DNA of 64,000 nt from Eledone cirrhosa (GCA_964016885.1 OZ024740.1:176452001-176516000), one strand, 5' to 3'. Positions 1-15,739 are shown, counted from the stretch's first letter. Notes: generated from the sequence alone by a model not told the origin. A program made the numbers and translations.

Positions 1-1435
<1,435 letters not shown>

Positions 1436-1456
1436 GTTTACATATACATAAATTAA

Positions 1457-1544
<88 letters not shown>

Positions 1545-2109
1545 ATGTTTTTGGTAACCATTCACGATGTGGCTCAATGACAAATTAATTAATTAAATAA
1601 TTAACAATCAGAGCAATATATAAGAAAGTAAGTCCATAGAATCATTTGTTGATTTATATAGTATTTCTTCTCCCAATCAGCATAATCAACCACATAAAAA
1701 ATCAATTAAACGAGGCTATTAGTTTAAAATGTACCATGTGAAGAAACAATAGATAAATAAATTATAGCTATTTTATCCGCGATCCACAGCCACATAAAGA
1801 TTTACTTAGTATTTCTAATAGTCCGTAGAAAATGACTGGACATATAGTTAACCATACACAATTAGTTACAAAATCAAAGTTAGAAGAAAAAATGTACATA
1901 AACATACCAAAATATATTTTATCAAATGATTCTATGGACTTACTTTCTTATATATATATATGAGAAATGATATATATATATACATATATACATTATATAT
2001 ATATACATATATATGATATATATGATATATATATAATATATATATATGATATATATACATGATATATACATATAGGATATACATATGACATATATATATC
2101 ATAAATATA

Positions 2110-2910
2110 ATCCACTTTGGAAAAGAGGATTCTCTGAGACTCCTATACTCCCTTCCTTCAGGTGAAACTTACGTGGCATCTATCAACATCAGAATCTTGG
2201 GAGTAATTGAGGACAACAACATAAGCTGGGCCACTCATATAAACAGCAAATTTGACATAGCCCCCAGAATGTGTTCCTGGAGCCTCAGAAGGTTCCCGCC
2301 GAGAGACATCCACACTGTTATTCTTCTCTTCTCAAATATTGCCCGACATCACCTTGAATAATGTTGTCCGCTTTAGTCTCCCCACACGAAACAAAGTATC
2401 ATGAAAGTTGAAGCACCTCAAAGGTCAATTATAAAATAGATAGATGGCATGACAGGCCTTGACTATTGGAGTCGATTAGAAAAGATCAACATTTATGCTC
2501 TCCAACATCGCTGTGAGCGCTATATTATCTGCATGGTTTGGAAAATATTCCATCAGCATTGCCTACATCGTGTTGGAATCACCTTTAGAATACACCGAAG
2601 GCTTGGGCCTCGTGCAATCCGGCCACGACAAAAATCACACTCGGATCTCATAACAACATTATGGCACAATTATTTCACCTCAATTGGCTCAGCTGTCTTT
2701 AACATTACACTAAAACGCATTAAAACGTAAACAGACCCCATAAAGTTCGAGAAGTCTTTGGACAAATTCCTTCAAAATCCCGGATAAACCTCCTACACCC
2801 GGATATGTCTTTATAACGCCATGTTGTCCAAATCCTGATTTGAAAGATGGTGGTGCTATTAAGTTAGACATGGCCTGGGCCAATACTGGCCGAAACCTAT
2901 CAAAGTTATC
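2110..2910 (+). pseudogene. Degenerate 3' fragment of a CR1/L2-group LINE ORF2
   Basis: Peptides LGVIEDNNISWATHINSK and LDYWSRLEKINIYALQHRCERY resemble the C-terminal end of LINE RT ORFs; stops and frameshifts present. Confidence 0.65.
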
Positions 2911-3096
2911 AAAGATATATCACACACACACAAACACACACACAAACACACACACAAACATACACACATATATGTATGTATATATATATATATATATATG
3001 TCACGTATATGTCACACATATATATATATATATCACACACATATATATATAATATATATATATGTGTGATAATATATATATGATATATATATATGT

Positions 3097-3168
<72 letters not shown>

Positions 3169-3237
3169 ATATATATTTCATATATATATATCACACATTT
3201 ATATATATCATATACATATCAAATATGTATATATATA

Positions 3238-3417
3238 TAGGAAAATGTTTGACCCCAACGGCAGAGCTCAAGCCGTTTCTAGTCCAGAAATAGCCGTCGA
3301 AATGGCTTGAGCTCTGCCGTCGGGGTCAAATATTTTCCTATTACCCACTTTACTACCCTAAGTATTGAGTACTCTGGTGCGTTATGGTCCATCTGGTTCC
3401 TTACCATACCTCCTTCG

Positions 3418-3420
<3 letters not shown>
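3238..3420 (+). mobile_element. Family A short fold-back element in (TA)n (other copies 6290-6458, 11210-11347, 19620-19680, 32960-33112)
   Basis: Shared gagctcaagccgtt/aacggcttgagctc core; full copies end in ccttcgtta(TA)n; inverted 5' duplication. Confidence 0.75.
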
Positions 3421-3483
<63 letters not shown>

Positions 3484-3687
3484 CGTTTCTGAATTTGTTT
3501 AGCAAGATTCTTTATCTGAAATCGTGTGTTGAAACCGATATTGTTATACTTTGGGAGGGTCATGTTGCCAATAAGAAACACACGCACCAGTTGCTTTCAC
3601 TTCAGTTTATTATATATTTATAAATTTATAAATTTATAAATTTCTGGTTGGTTGGTTGGTTCCACAACCAGATAGTTGTTTATATAT

Positions 3688-3732
3688 AGTCATAGTTCTT
3701 TCGTCACACACTCTGTGACCTCTTCAGTGACT
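3688..3732 (-). ncRNA. Minimal type I hammerhead ribozyme in PLE 3' pLTR
   Basis: Minus strand: agtca-CTGAAGA-g-gtcaca gagtg tgtgac-GAAA-gaac-TA-tgact. Confidence 0.8.
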
Positions 3733-4359
3733 GGGGATTCCTTTCTTTGTTTCTGTGCCTCTCCTTTGTTCTGTCCTACGCCATTTTGTTTCTGTGTGTG
3801 TGTTGTGTGCTCAGTCTGCGCATGCGCCACATCCGGATGTCTGTGTGTGTTTATGTTCATTTATTTATTTATTTATTTGTTTATTTACATGTTACTGGTT
3901 GGTTGTTTGTTCTATGTGTGTGTGTGTTTTCATTTTGTCCTTAATTGTAAGTTGTGATGTTGCTGTTCCACTCATATTTTCTATTTAATGTTGGTTGTAA
4001 TTCTTTTATGTTTATTGCCTCTGTAATTTGTCTAAACATTGCGTCTTTTCTGTGTGTAGATTCTATTTTTATTTCTATGTTCTCTAATTTACCCTTGTGT
4101 TCTATCTTAGCATGTTGGTAGAGTACAGATGATTCTTTATTATCTTGAAGGTCTCGCCAGTGTTCATTTATCCGTTCCCCTACACTACGAGCTGTCTCAC
4201 CTATGTACACTATATTTTTGTCTCTACATTGTCCTTCAGTACATCTTATGCTATACACTACATTTCTAGTTTTACAGTTAATATGGGGGCTTATTTTACA
4301 GGTTATACATTTCTTATCTATACATGAGGGTCTTTGAAAAGGGTATGTCTTGCTAATAA

Positions 4360-4833
4360 GTGTTTTTACTCAATATTCAGATAGTAGAAAGACCAGGTAC
4401 CTCCGTAAAAACACTTATTAGCAAGACATACCCTTTTCAAAGACCCTCATGTATAGATAAGAAATGTATAACCTGTAAAATAAGCCCCCATATTAACTGT
4501 AAAACTAGAAATGTAGTGTATAGCATAAGATGTACTGAAGGACAATGTAGAGACAAAAATATAGTGTACATAGGTGAGACAGCTCGTAGTGTAGGGGAAC
4601 GGATAAATGAACACTGGCGAGACCTTCAAGATAATAAAGAATCATCTGTACTCTACCAACATGCTAAGATAGAACACAAGGGTAAATTAGAGAACATAGA
4701 AATAAAAATAGAATCTACACACAGAAAAGACGCAATGTTTAGACAAATCACAGAGGCAATAAACATAAAAGAATTACAACCAAAATTAAATAGAAAATAT
4801 GAGTGGAACAGCAACATCACAACTTACAATTAA
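4360..4833 (+). pseudogene. PLE GIY-YIG endonuclease domain with Cys-rich linker (fragment)
   Basis: CIDKKCITC...NVVYSIRC...YIGETARSVGERINEH...RQITEAINIKELQPKLNRK. Confidence 0.9.
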
Positions 4834-5344
4834 GGACAAAATGAAAACACACACACACATAGAACAGGTAAACAGAAATAAAAGCACCATCGGTACAATA
4901 TATGGAAGGAATAAATTAGGTTACCGCCTGAAATTGCAGGAAGGGTATCTCAGAAGAAAGAATGCGAAATTGGATAGATTGAAGGGACAGGCTGGGTGGA
5001 ATTGGAAAAAATGTTTTTCGAGAAAAATAACAGGTCCATATATTTTGCTATCTCTTGGAAAACTACTTACCTACCACAACACTTAATCTTAAATCTTTAA
5101 TTTTTAGTTTTTAATTCTTATTAATTCTTTTTAATTGTAATACTCAACATTTGATAAGATGAATTTTAATAATACATCTAAACCGGTAGTACTTTATATA
5201 CTTTATATACATTATAAAACTCTTTTTAAAAAGAATTGTCCCCCTCATATTTTCAATAACGCCACTTTGACGTGTCAAAGAAAGGAATAAATAAGAAAAG
5301 CAAATCCTAAAATACATTTTCCGTGCTATTTCCAACTTCACCTT

Positions 5345-5840
<496 letters not shown>

Positions 5841-6072
5841 TATATATATATATATATATAAAAATATGGTTTTGTAAGAGATGTCAACATGAATGGAGCT
5901 ATTATTTTTATCTAAAGACATTTTTTCCAATTCCATCCCGCCCGTCCCCTTAATTTATTTTATTTCTCATTCTTTGAAACGTTAAGACCCTCTTCCAGCT
6001 ATATCAAGCGTTAACCTAATATATTCCTTCCATATACTGCACCGATTGTGTTGTTATTTCTGTTTACCTTTT

Positions 6073-6145
<73 letters not shown>

Positions 6146-6455
6146 TGTGTGTGTGTATATATGTATGTGTGTTTGTGTGTGGGTGTCTGTGTGTGTGTGT
6201 GCGTGTGTGTATCCGTTCTATAGTAAAAGAAATATAAGGTGGTTTTACAGTTAGAGAGAGAGAGAGAGACATATATATATATATATATATAGGAACCAGT
6301 AGGACCCCGACAGCTGAGCTCAAGCCGTTTCGACGGCTAACGGCTTGAGCTCAGCTGTCGGGGTCCTACTGGTTCCTATTACCCACTCTACTACCTCAAG
6401 TATTGAGTACTTTGGTGCGTTATGGTCCACCTGGTTCCTTACCACATTTCCTTCG

Positions 6456-6521
<66 letters not shown>

Positions 6522-7282
6522 CTGATAAACTATTCAATACAGATTTACAGACTGATTTGCTCCGGTTAAACCTTAAATTGTTTGGACTATCTCTAGAGTG
6601 AATAATGATATTTAGATATCAGATTGAGTTCACAAGACAATTTCTCTGTCAAAATTCATTTAATCTGAACGAAAGGAAAGATAGGTCACTATGATAAAGT
6701 ATGATTTACAATACAGACAGAACTAACCAACAATGACGCCGCTGATGACTATAATGACCAATTACTACGGTGACTATGACTATGATAATAATGAAACTAT
6801 CGACAATATAACCTTGGCTAGCTTAATTGACCGGAAGTATCTGATAGAGTGCTTAGTTTCTCATTAGAAGGTAATCTGAATCCTGTCAGTTAGGTGAGGT
6901 GTAGGCAGTCGGGCTGATTCCTCCTTTATGTAGTACCCCTTTATGAGGCCCTACTACGCAAATCAACTCCCTACCACCATTTCTTGCTCTCTCCAGTAGT
7001 GCCACACTCAGCTACTTTCAACACCACTATAACTACCTCTGACATAAGCCAGCAACTTCACTCCCAGCATTATAACCAGCACCAGTAAGCATTACATATC
7101 ATCACAGCTTAAACATACCAAAATCAAGACAACTACCAGATTGAGCCTGTGGTAGTGGAGACTTCGGCCATTCTTGGCTCCTGGGCCACATCTCTACTCC
7201 CTGCTATCGGAGCAGAGTTGATGGAGTGGCTGTTCAAGCGTGTCTCTCCAATAATCTTCCGCGGCATTATCTTCTCCATCCA

Positions 7283-7472
7283 AGGGCGGTGGATTGGCAG
7301 TATCGGTAGAGGGTCGGACGGCATGCTTTGACGCACAGAGTTACGGCTTTTTCTATTCTGAGTTCAAATCCCGCCGAGGTTAACTTTGCCTTTCATCCTT
7401 ACGGGGTCGATAAAATAAAGTACGAGTAATGCAATGGGTAATTGCTGATCTTGTGCAAAAAGTAGAAACAAT
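7283..7472 (+). mobile_element. tRNA-derived SINE (central domain resembles Meta/MESC type) with ~16-bp TSD
   Basis: Head ggcggtggattggcag, B-box-like gagttcaaatcc, core gcctttcatccttacggggtcgataaaataaagtac; TSD attatcttctccatcc/attaccttctccatcc. Confidence 0.85.
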
Positions 7473-8531
7473 TACCTTCTCCATCCTGTCGGTTGGGATC
7501 ACGAGGTGGACTGACCTTTAAATTTCATTCAGGGTGGTGCATTGTGGAATAAATTCATCCAACCTTTATCAACATAATAAACTGTATTAATCTCCACCAC
7601 TTCTTGTCTCTACTTTTACTTGTTAACAATCAAATCTCTTTACATCAGTTTTTCATACTTCTACAACTCTTGATTAATTAACTTAATTACTCTAAGGTGA
7701 TAATGGTTGTTGAAGGTCTCTACAAAATTCTCCGACAATCGGGAATTGGCAGAATCTTTAGGGCACCTGATGAAATGCCTTGAAGGCGGTAGATTGACAG
7801 AATCAGTAGTGCGGCAGGTAAAATGGGTTTGAGGTGGTGTATTGGCAGAATCGACAATCGCCAAATGAAATTTCCTAAAAATGACGGATTAGCAGAATTG
7901 GTAGAGTGCTGAATAATTTAGATAATTTACAGTTTACATCGTGAGTTCAAAACCAATTTGAGGCCAACTTAGCCTCTCACCATTCAAAGAACGATGTGTA
8001 TAAATCAAATAAGTTGTAAGCCGCTACCGTATCTTTCTATTTTGATACATAGATTTATAGATTGTTTCCTTATGTTCGATTTTGTTCCAGATTTAATGTT
8101 GTTTAAGGAGGTACACTGAAACTGGCTTTATTATATTAAATGTTTGATTTGATATGGATTGTAGACAATAAGGTGATCTGCTGTCGCTGTAGTTGTTGCT
8201 GAACCCCAAGTTTGATGGAGCAGACATGCAGTAGGTAATTAATCCACCTACAAGTTTCGATCTTAAAAGAGTTAGCTTTTCATTTTTTGAGAATATTGTA
8301 ATACTTTTTCTCCAGACATTGTCTATCAAGGACTACATTATTTAACGCGTACTTCCCTTTTTAAGGTGGTAGCCTATACATTTGTAAACATCACCTTACA
8401 GCAATATCTAAATTTACTCTCATAAAATATTGATCTTATTGTTAAAGATGTTGATCTTATTGTCTGCCTTGATCAAGTAAACCAATGATAAAAGCCTTCT
8501 CGCCCTAACCAACCGTCCTAATTTGCGTTTG

Positions 8532-8576
<45 letters not shown>

Positions 8577-8631
8577 ATGATATTAATAAATAGAAATTAT
8601 ATTTAAAAAAACATATTTATTTTATTATATA

Positions 8632-8769
8632 CTAGCAGAATGGCCCGGTGCTGCTCGGGATTTACTCTAGGGTTCTTATATATTTGATATATATTTATCC
8701 TTATCGAGCCTCGTGAAATAAATACGTTTGTTTATATTTTGTTATGGTGTATGAAAAATATCTGTACAC

Positions 8770-8846
<77 letters not shown>

Positions 8847-9585
8847 TAACAGATAAAGTTTAAGCAAAGAATCGCTGCTGTCACCCTTAACGGGATCCTC
8901 TGAAACTAAAAAAATCAATCTGTGAACGCAGAAGTAAATATTTCGAAATGTTTTTGTGTATACAAAAATATCTGTCAGTGATGCATGTGATTATGAAATC
9001 GCCGGCTCTTTTGTTTATATTTTGTGTTTGTGTATGCAAAAATATATGTACACGAATATCTATATTAAAATAACATATTAAAGTTTAAGCAAAGAATCGC
9101 TGCTTTCACCCTTAACGGCATCTTCTGAAACTAAAAAAATCCATCTGTGAACGCAGATGTAAATATTTCGAAAAACGTTGCAACCGAAGGAAAACAGGAA
9201 GACGATACTTTGGTTTGTGAAGACGTTCCCTGGCAAAAGAATATATATATATACACACTATATATATATACATATATACACACATACACTGATCGCGTCA
9301 TAATGACGTAATGCAGACAGTGAGGCGTACAGACAGATATTATAAGGGCGCGACGTTATATGTATGTATCTATCTAATAAGAGAAAGACTAAGAATTATA
9401 GAGAGAGATCGCTAAATCGCCCAATGCAGTCTCTAGGGCATTGAAAATTTGAAATTGTTTTTGCTCAAAACACTCACCGAACCATAAGTATTACATGTGT
9501 ATTGTTTGAAAACAATCGGTTAGGTGGTTCTCGAGTTTTAGTGATTGGGCAGACAGACAGATATTCTCTGCTTTAGTAATATATA
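8632..9585 (-). mobile_element. Non-autonomous Helitron-like element
   Basis: Minus-strand 3' end cccg-agcagcac-cggg hairpin followed by ...CTAG-T; 5' part tatattactaaagcagagaatatctgtctgtctg; internal duplication 8735-8950/9010-9170. Confidence 0.7.
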
Positions 9586-9744
9586 TGTCAAGGGTACCAA
9601 AAAAACATTTGGTACCCTTGAAATATATATAATAAAATAAATATGGTTTTATAAATATAGTTTCCATTTATTAATATCATTGATATTATACTCCAGGAAA
9701 GCTGTAGAGTGCTTCGAATCTGTTATAATAAATAATTATAAATT

Positions 9745-10810
9745 AAATTTCGTTTCGCTTCTAACTCACTTTTGTATGACTGACGCTTAAACAATTAAGT
9801 TAAAGTGTACATCTACATATGTATACGGAAGTACTAGTATGCATATAAATACACACATGTATACATATGTACATGTACTGAGTTTTTCACTAGACACTTT
9901 ACAGTGAGTGTCCAGCTAGTCTGTATGTAACCACACAGACGGACCGGGTTTTAGAGTCATACGAGTTTTCAAGGAAACACGTTTCCTCTATTCTCCAGAG
10001 AGCCAGACAGGAATATTGGACTAGTTTCGATGTTATTACATCTCATCAGCAATATATACCCATCTTCCGGCTTCTCTAGAGAATTGTAAAAGCACATATC
10101 GTTATATGCTTTTTCTATGAAAATTAGTAGTGGGTAGACTAATTTTCATAGAACGTGAGTCATTGTACGCACCGGTTCAGCGGAAACGATAAAAACAAAT
10201 AACGAAACGAAATTATATTTCGTTTCGCTTCTAACTCACTTTTGTATGACTGACGCTTAAACAATTAAGTTAAAGTGTACATCTACATATGTATACGGAA
10301 GTACTAGTATGCATATAAATACACACATGTATACATATGTACAATTGTTTAAGCGTCAGTCATACAAAAGTGAGTTAGAAGCGAAACGAAATTTAATTTC
10401 GTTTCGTTATTTGTTTTTATCGTTTCCGCTGAACCGGTACGTACAATGACTCACGTTCTATGCAAATTAGTCTACCCACTACTAATTTTCATAGAAAAAG
10501 CATATAACGATATGTGCTTTTACAATTCTCTAGAGAAGCCGGAAGATGGGTATATATTGCTGATGAGATGTAATAACATCGAAACTAGTCCAATATTCCT
10601 GTCTGGCTCTCTGGAGAATAGAGGAAACGTGTTTCCTTGAAAACTCGCATGACTCTAAAACGCGGTCCGTCTGTGTGGTTACATACAGACTAGCTCGACA
10701 CTCACTGTAAAGTGTCTAGTGAAAAACTCAGCACATGTACATATGTATACATGTGTGTATTTATATGCATACTAGTACTTCCGTATACATATGTAGATGT
10801 ACACTTTAAC

Positions 10811-10815
<5 letters not shown>
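9745..10815. mobile_element. HHR-bearing ~470-bp monomer: about 1.3 tandem copies on the minus strand, then one inverted copy ending in (TA)n
   Basis: 9745-9872 is repeated at 10216-10342; 10343-10815 is the reverse complement of the monomer. Confidence 0.85.
10554..10596 (+). ncRNA. Minimal type I hammerhead ribozyme (mirror copy 10013-10055, minus strand)
   Basis: atattg-CTGATGA-gatgt aata acatc-GAAA-ctag-TC-caatat: all core nucleotides canonical, GUC site, palindromic stem III. Confidence 0.92.
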
Positions 10816-10887
<72 letters not shown>

Positions 10888-10936
10888 TATGTTTTGAAAC
10901 AGTGAGTAGGTTTGAAATTAGAAAATAGAATAGCTT

Positions 10937-11212
<276 letters not shown>

Positions 11213-11344
11213 AACGAGTAGGACCCCGACGGCTGAGTTCAAGCCGTCGGGATCCTACTCGTTCCTATTAGCCACTCTACTACCCTAAGTATTGAGTACT
11301 TTGGTGCGTTATGCTCCATCTGGTTCCTTGCCACATTTCCTTCG

Positions 11345-11448
<104 letters not shown>

Positions 11449-11459
11449 ATTATTATTAG

Positions 11460-11798
11460 AAAGCGAGGTTTTTTTACAAAATCAAAAATAACCGAGGTGT
11501 CCTACACAAGTGAAAGTATAAGAAAAAAAGATGAAATCGAAAATACAACTGGAGTCTTATTTAAAAAAAATATATATATATTTATTTGGTTCCTTTACCG
11601 GTTTCGCAGTTCTTCTGCTTTTCAAAAGTAGAGTTGAGAAAAATCACAGACCCTCCATCTGAGAAAAACCACAGACCCTCCATTTCAACTCTACTTTTGA
11701 AAAGCAGAAGAACTGCGAAACCGGTAAAGGAACCAAATAAATATATATATATATTTTTTAAATAAGACTACAGTTGTATTTTCGATTTCATCTTTTTT

Positions 11799-11800
<2 letters not shown>
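11460..11800. mobile_element. Fold-back element with a U3-A8 variant HHR on each arm (11694-11729 +, 11593-11628 -)
   Basis: ctt-TTGAAAA-gcag aagaa ctgc-GAAA-ccgg-TA-aag; the spacer holds a direct duplication of cacagaccctccat. Confidence 0.75.
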
Positions 11801-11845
<45 letters not shown>

Positions 11846-11865
11846 CTTGGCCATAATATGTTTCA

Positions 11866-12005
11866 CTATATAATATAGTCTAATAATGGGGTGTATAAAC
11901 CCACTGACCGGAGAAGATGGGTATCAACATGCACGGAAGTCGGACCTATATTAGATGGCCGTTCTGTGGGTTTATATACCCCATTATTAGACTATATTAT
12001 ATAGT
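11866..12005. repeat. Inverted repeat (~40-bp arms) adjoining a 5'-truncated SINE (12006-12142)
   Basis: actatataatatagtctaataatggggt ... accccattattagactatattatatagt. Confidence 0.7.
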
Positions 12006-12335
12006 CATAGTTACGTCCCTTTACAGTCTGAGTTCAAATCCCGCCGAGGTTAACTTTGCCTTTCATCCTTACGGGGTCGATAAAATAAAGTACCAGTAAT
12101 GCACTGGGTATTTGCTGGCCTTGTGCCTAAAGTAGAAACAATTATATAGTCAAAATTATTACGGCGCTGCTCTATTTCTATTTCAATTCTGAACTTCTCT
12201 CGCCGCGTTCCACACATACTTCCTTCATATATATATATATTTTTAGTATATATATATAAATGACCTCCACAGGAATAGAGCTGTTTAATTCGTACTCCCC
12301 CCCCCCCACGACCACCACCACCCTGAAACACACAC

Positions 12336-12368
<33 letters not shown>

Positions 12369-12474
12369 TATATACGTTTGTGTGTGATAAAACGCAAACA
12401 GAAATAACAAAACAATAGACACAGTGCAATGAGGAAATATATAAGTTTAACGCATGTGATAATAGGAAAAGAGT

Positions 12475-12509
12475 CTTAACGTTTCGAACATTAGTCCTTC
12501 CTCAGAAGA
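12475..12509 (-). ncRNA. Minimal hammerhead ribozyme
   Basis: Minus strand: tctt-CTGAGGA-a-ggac taat gttc-GAAA-cg-TT-aaga; the related half-site gaaacgttaagac occurs at ~5976. Confidence 0.65.
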
Positions 12510-12605
12510 TAGAATGAGAAATGAACGATGAAATAGAAAGATATAGTGAAATGAGGAAAGATTAGAAAAAAAATTGAGAAAAGACATGCTCGTATTCAGT
12601 CAGCC

Positions 12606-12655
<50 letters not shown>

Positions 12656-12682
12656 GTGTATAACCCATACTGTATCAAGAAC

Positions 12683-13224
12683 GGGATTGGCAGTATCGGT
12701 AGAGAGTCGGACGCCATGCTTTCCACCATAGTTACGTCCCTTTACGGACTGAGTTCAAATCCCGCCAAGGTTAACTTTGCCTCTCATCCTTTCGGGGTCG
12801 ATAAAATAAAGTACCAGTAAGGTACTGGGTATTTGCTGGCCTTGTGCCAAAAGTAGAAACAATTATCTAATTTGTTCCTATTTTGACGAGAGATTGTATG
12901 ATTTCTAAGAGATATTTCTGCTATTTCTAGCAGATTGAGCGACCACATGAGTGGTTCTCTCATTGACACCTTCATCAACTTTATGGCTATAATTTATACA
13001 TTGCTGGTGAATGTAGATGAGAGTATTATTTTATTCGTTTGGGATTGGCAGTATCAGTAGAAGGTCGGACGTAATGCTTTGCAGCTTGTTACGCCCCTTT
13101 ATGGTGTGAGTTCAAATTCCCCCCGAGGTTCACTTTGCCTTTTATCCTTACGGGGTCGATAAAATAAAGTACCAGTAATGTACTGGGGTATTTGCTGGCC
13201 TTGTGCCAATAGTAGAAACAATTA
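12683..13224 (+). mobile_element. Two SINE copies (12683-12865, 13041-13224)
   Basis: Same SINE consensus; the second has TSD atta(t)ttttattcgttt. Confidence 0.85.
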
Positions 13225-13413
13225 TTTTATTCGTTTAATTTTTTAAATTGTATTTAATGAATTAATGAAGCAATACCCTTGGTAAACATTTGAATCCAAG
13301 GAAGCGCTTGACGAAATAATCACTGCCACACCTTTATTGTTGCAGGCGTGTATTCTTTTATTCTTCTACTGGTTTCAGTCATTTCACTTCGACCATGCTG
13401 TGGCAACTACTTG

Positions 13414-13449
<36 letters not shown>

Positions 13450-13789
13450 CGCGCGTGTATGCGTGTGTCTATCAGTGTCTGTATATGTCTATATATACTT
13501 ATATATGTCTATATGTGTATGTGTATTCACTTGGCATTTAAAAGTTTGTCGAACGGTTCATATTGCATAATCTCGGATATCATTATATCTCCTGTCCAAT
13601 ATGTGAGACTTGTCATTAAGCGTCGATAGGACATATGCAGGTGTGAAATTGTTAATTTTTGTTAAACGTCTTTCATTTACGTACAGCTCATTTTTCACAG
13701 GATCATTTATCATCTAAAACACTAAATATTGTTACGTAATCTATATTAAAATTACGTATACAGTTGATTGTTTAGTTTAATTATACATG

Positions 13790-13824
<35 letters not shown>

Positions 13825-13826
13825 CG

Positions 13827-13868
<42 letters not shown>

Positions 13869-13954
13869 TATATGTACACACACACACACACATATATATA
13901 TATGTGTGTGTGTGTGTACATATGTGTGTGTGTGCGTATATATATATATGTATG

Positions 13955-13990
<36 letters not shown>

Positions 13991-14005
13991 GAAATATATA
14001 AATAC

Positions 14006-14057
<52 letters not shown>

Positions 14058-14058
14058 T

Positions 14059-14098
<40 letters not shown>

Positions 14099-14242
14099 CA
14101 TATATAAATATACATATACATATATATATATGTATATATATATACACACCAGAAAAATTACATGATGGACCCTAGAAATTATGAATAAATTCTATAAAAT
14201 TAAATGTTTCTCTAACACACTCATATGTATGTACGTACGTAC

Positions 14243-14273
<31 letters not shown>

Positions 14274-14771
14274 TGTATGTATGTATGTGTGCATTATGTA
14301 TCTATGTATGCATGTGGGGGGAGGAGAGACCGAGAGAGGAATGAGTTTTTGTTTACAAGCGAAAAAATATTAACTACAAGTAGATTTCATATTCATTAAG
14401 AATCAGTTTCGCACCACCTGCGCTTGTCCGGGCAATAATGACTGAATAGATTCGGTTACATTTGCTTGAATGGGTGTACGAGTTGCAAAGATCAGAATAT
14501 ATTCTCTTATTCGTTTATTCATTTTCTGTCATTAGATTGCGACCAAGATGGACCACCACCTTCAAATATTTAGCAGATTAAATCAACCCAAGTAATTATT
14601 TTCAAGTTTGCTACTTATTACCATTTCTATTTGTTAAGAAACTAATATATATATATGTATGTGACTAGAACTGTTTCATTCGAAGGAATGAATATATATA
14701 TATGAATATATATATATCGAGCCCTCTATGGATTTTAGTCTTCAAATTTATTAATATTATTACTATTATTA

Positions 14772-14960
14772 AGGGCGGTGGATTGGCAGTATCGGTAGAG
14801 GGCCGGACGCCATGCTTTCCAGCATAGTTACGTCCCTTTACGATCTGAGTTCAAATCCCGCCGAGGTTGACTTTGCCTTTCATCCTTACGTGGTCGATAA
14901 AATAAAGTACCAGTAATGCACTGGTATTTGCTGGCCTTGTGCCTAAAGTAGAAACAATTA
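14772..14960 (+). mobile_element. SINE copy with TSD attattactattatta
   Basis: Full consensus match and flanking direct repeat. Confidence 0.88.
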
Positions 14961-15001
14961 TTACTATTATTATTACTATATATATATATATATATATATA
15001 T

Positions 15002-15680
15002 GAAAAATATGGGTGAGAAGAATACTGCTGGTTGCGCATGGATAACATGTTATAAAATGAGTCCCTCATCAGTGATTTACCAAACCATCATGGGTATTTC
15101 ATCGCATTAAAAATCATATACCTCACGTTGGAGCGATAATAACTAAAATAAGTTATTAGGACAATAGAAACGTGTAAAGCGAGTGAGACAAGTAAACAAC
15201 ACAGGGGGAAGCTAACCGAAGAAGGAAATAAACACAAGCAACATAGTTATTCTTTCAGCATAAGCTGTGTGAATATATGAGCGAGTCAGGAACAGACCTT
15301 TCGCATGTGAATCCGGTGTTAGAAAGAATGAAAACCGTTTTCCCAGCGAACGGGAGGAAGAAAGAAGGGGAGAAACAGGGACTGAGTGAGAGGGAGTGCG
15401 AGGAAGAGGTCAGTAGAGAGAAAGAGTTAACTGACATGGCAGAGGGGACGAAAGAAAGTAAGAGAAACAGAGAGAACGAGGGATCAGTAAGAGAGAAAGA
15501 GAGAAACACAGAATTGCAGTTTGGGTAAATATATGACAATATGGGTGAGAAGAATACTGCTGGTTGCACATGGATAACATGTTATAAAATGAGTCCCTCA
15601 TCAGTGATTTACCAAACGATCATGGGTATTTCATCGCATTAAAAATCATATACCTCACGTTGGAGCGATAATAACTAAAA

Positions 15681-15685
<5 letters not shown>
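15002..15685 (-). mobile_element. Family E non-coding element with ~150-bp terminal direct repeats (pLTR-like), flanked by (TA)n
   Basis: 15002-15152 repeats at 15534-15684; homologous to 18583-19465 and 28395-28800. Confidence 0.75.

Positions 15686-15738
<53 letters not shown>

Positions 15739-15739
<1 letters not shown>

Larger units (their letters stand above)
3480..4867. mobile_element. 5'-truncated Penelope-like element with inverted duplication of the GIY-YIG region (arms ~3908-4368 and ~4404-4867); 3' pLTR on the minus strand at 3480-3900
   Basis: Mirror ORFs 3941-4258(-) and 4360-4833(+) encode the same GIY-YIG domain; HHR in the 3' region; abuts (TA)n. Confidence 0.9.

Noticed and set aside
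7283-7400. tRNA gene
   Set aside because: The A/B-box-like head is part of a multi-copy SINE and forms no complete cloverleaf
8050-8480. Possible ancient PLE remnant (and an RTE-like remnant at 17620-18080)
   Set aside because: Only faint motif similarity, too decayed to call
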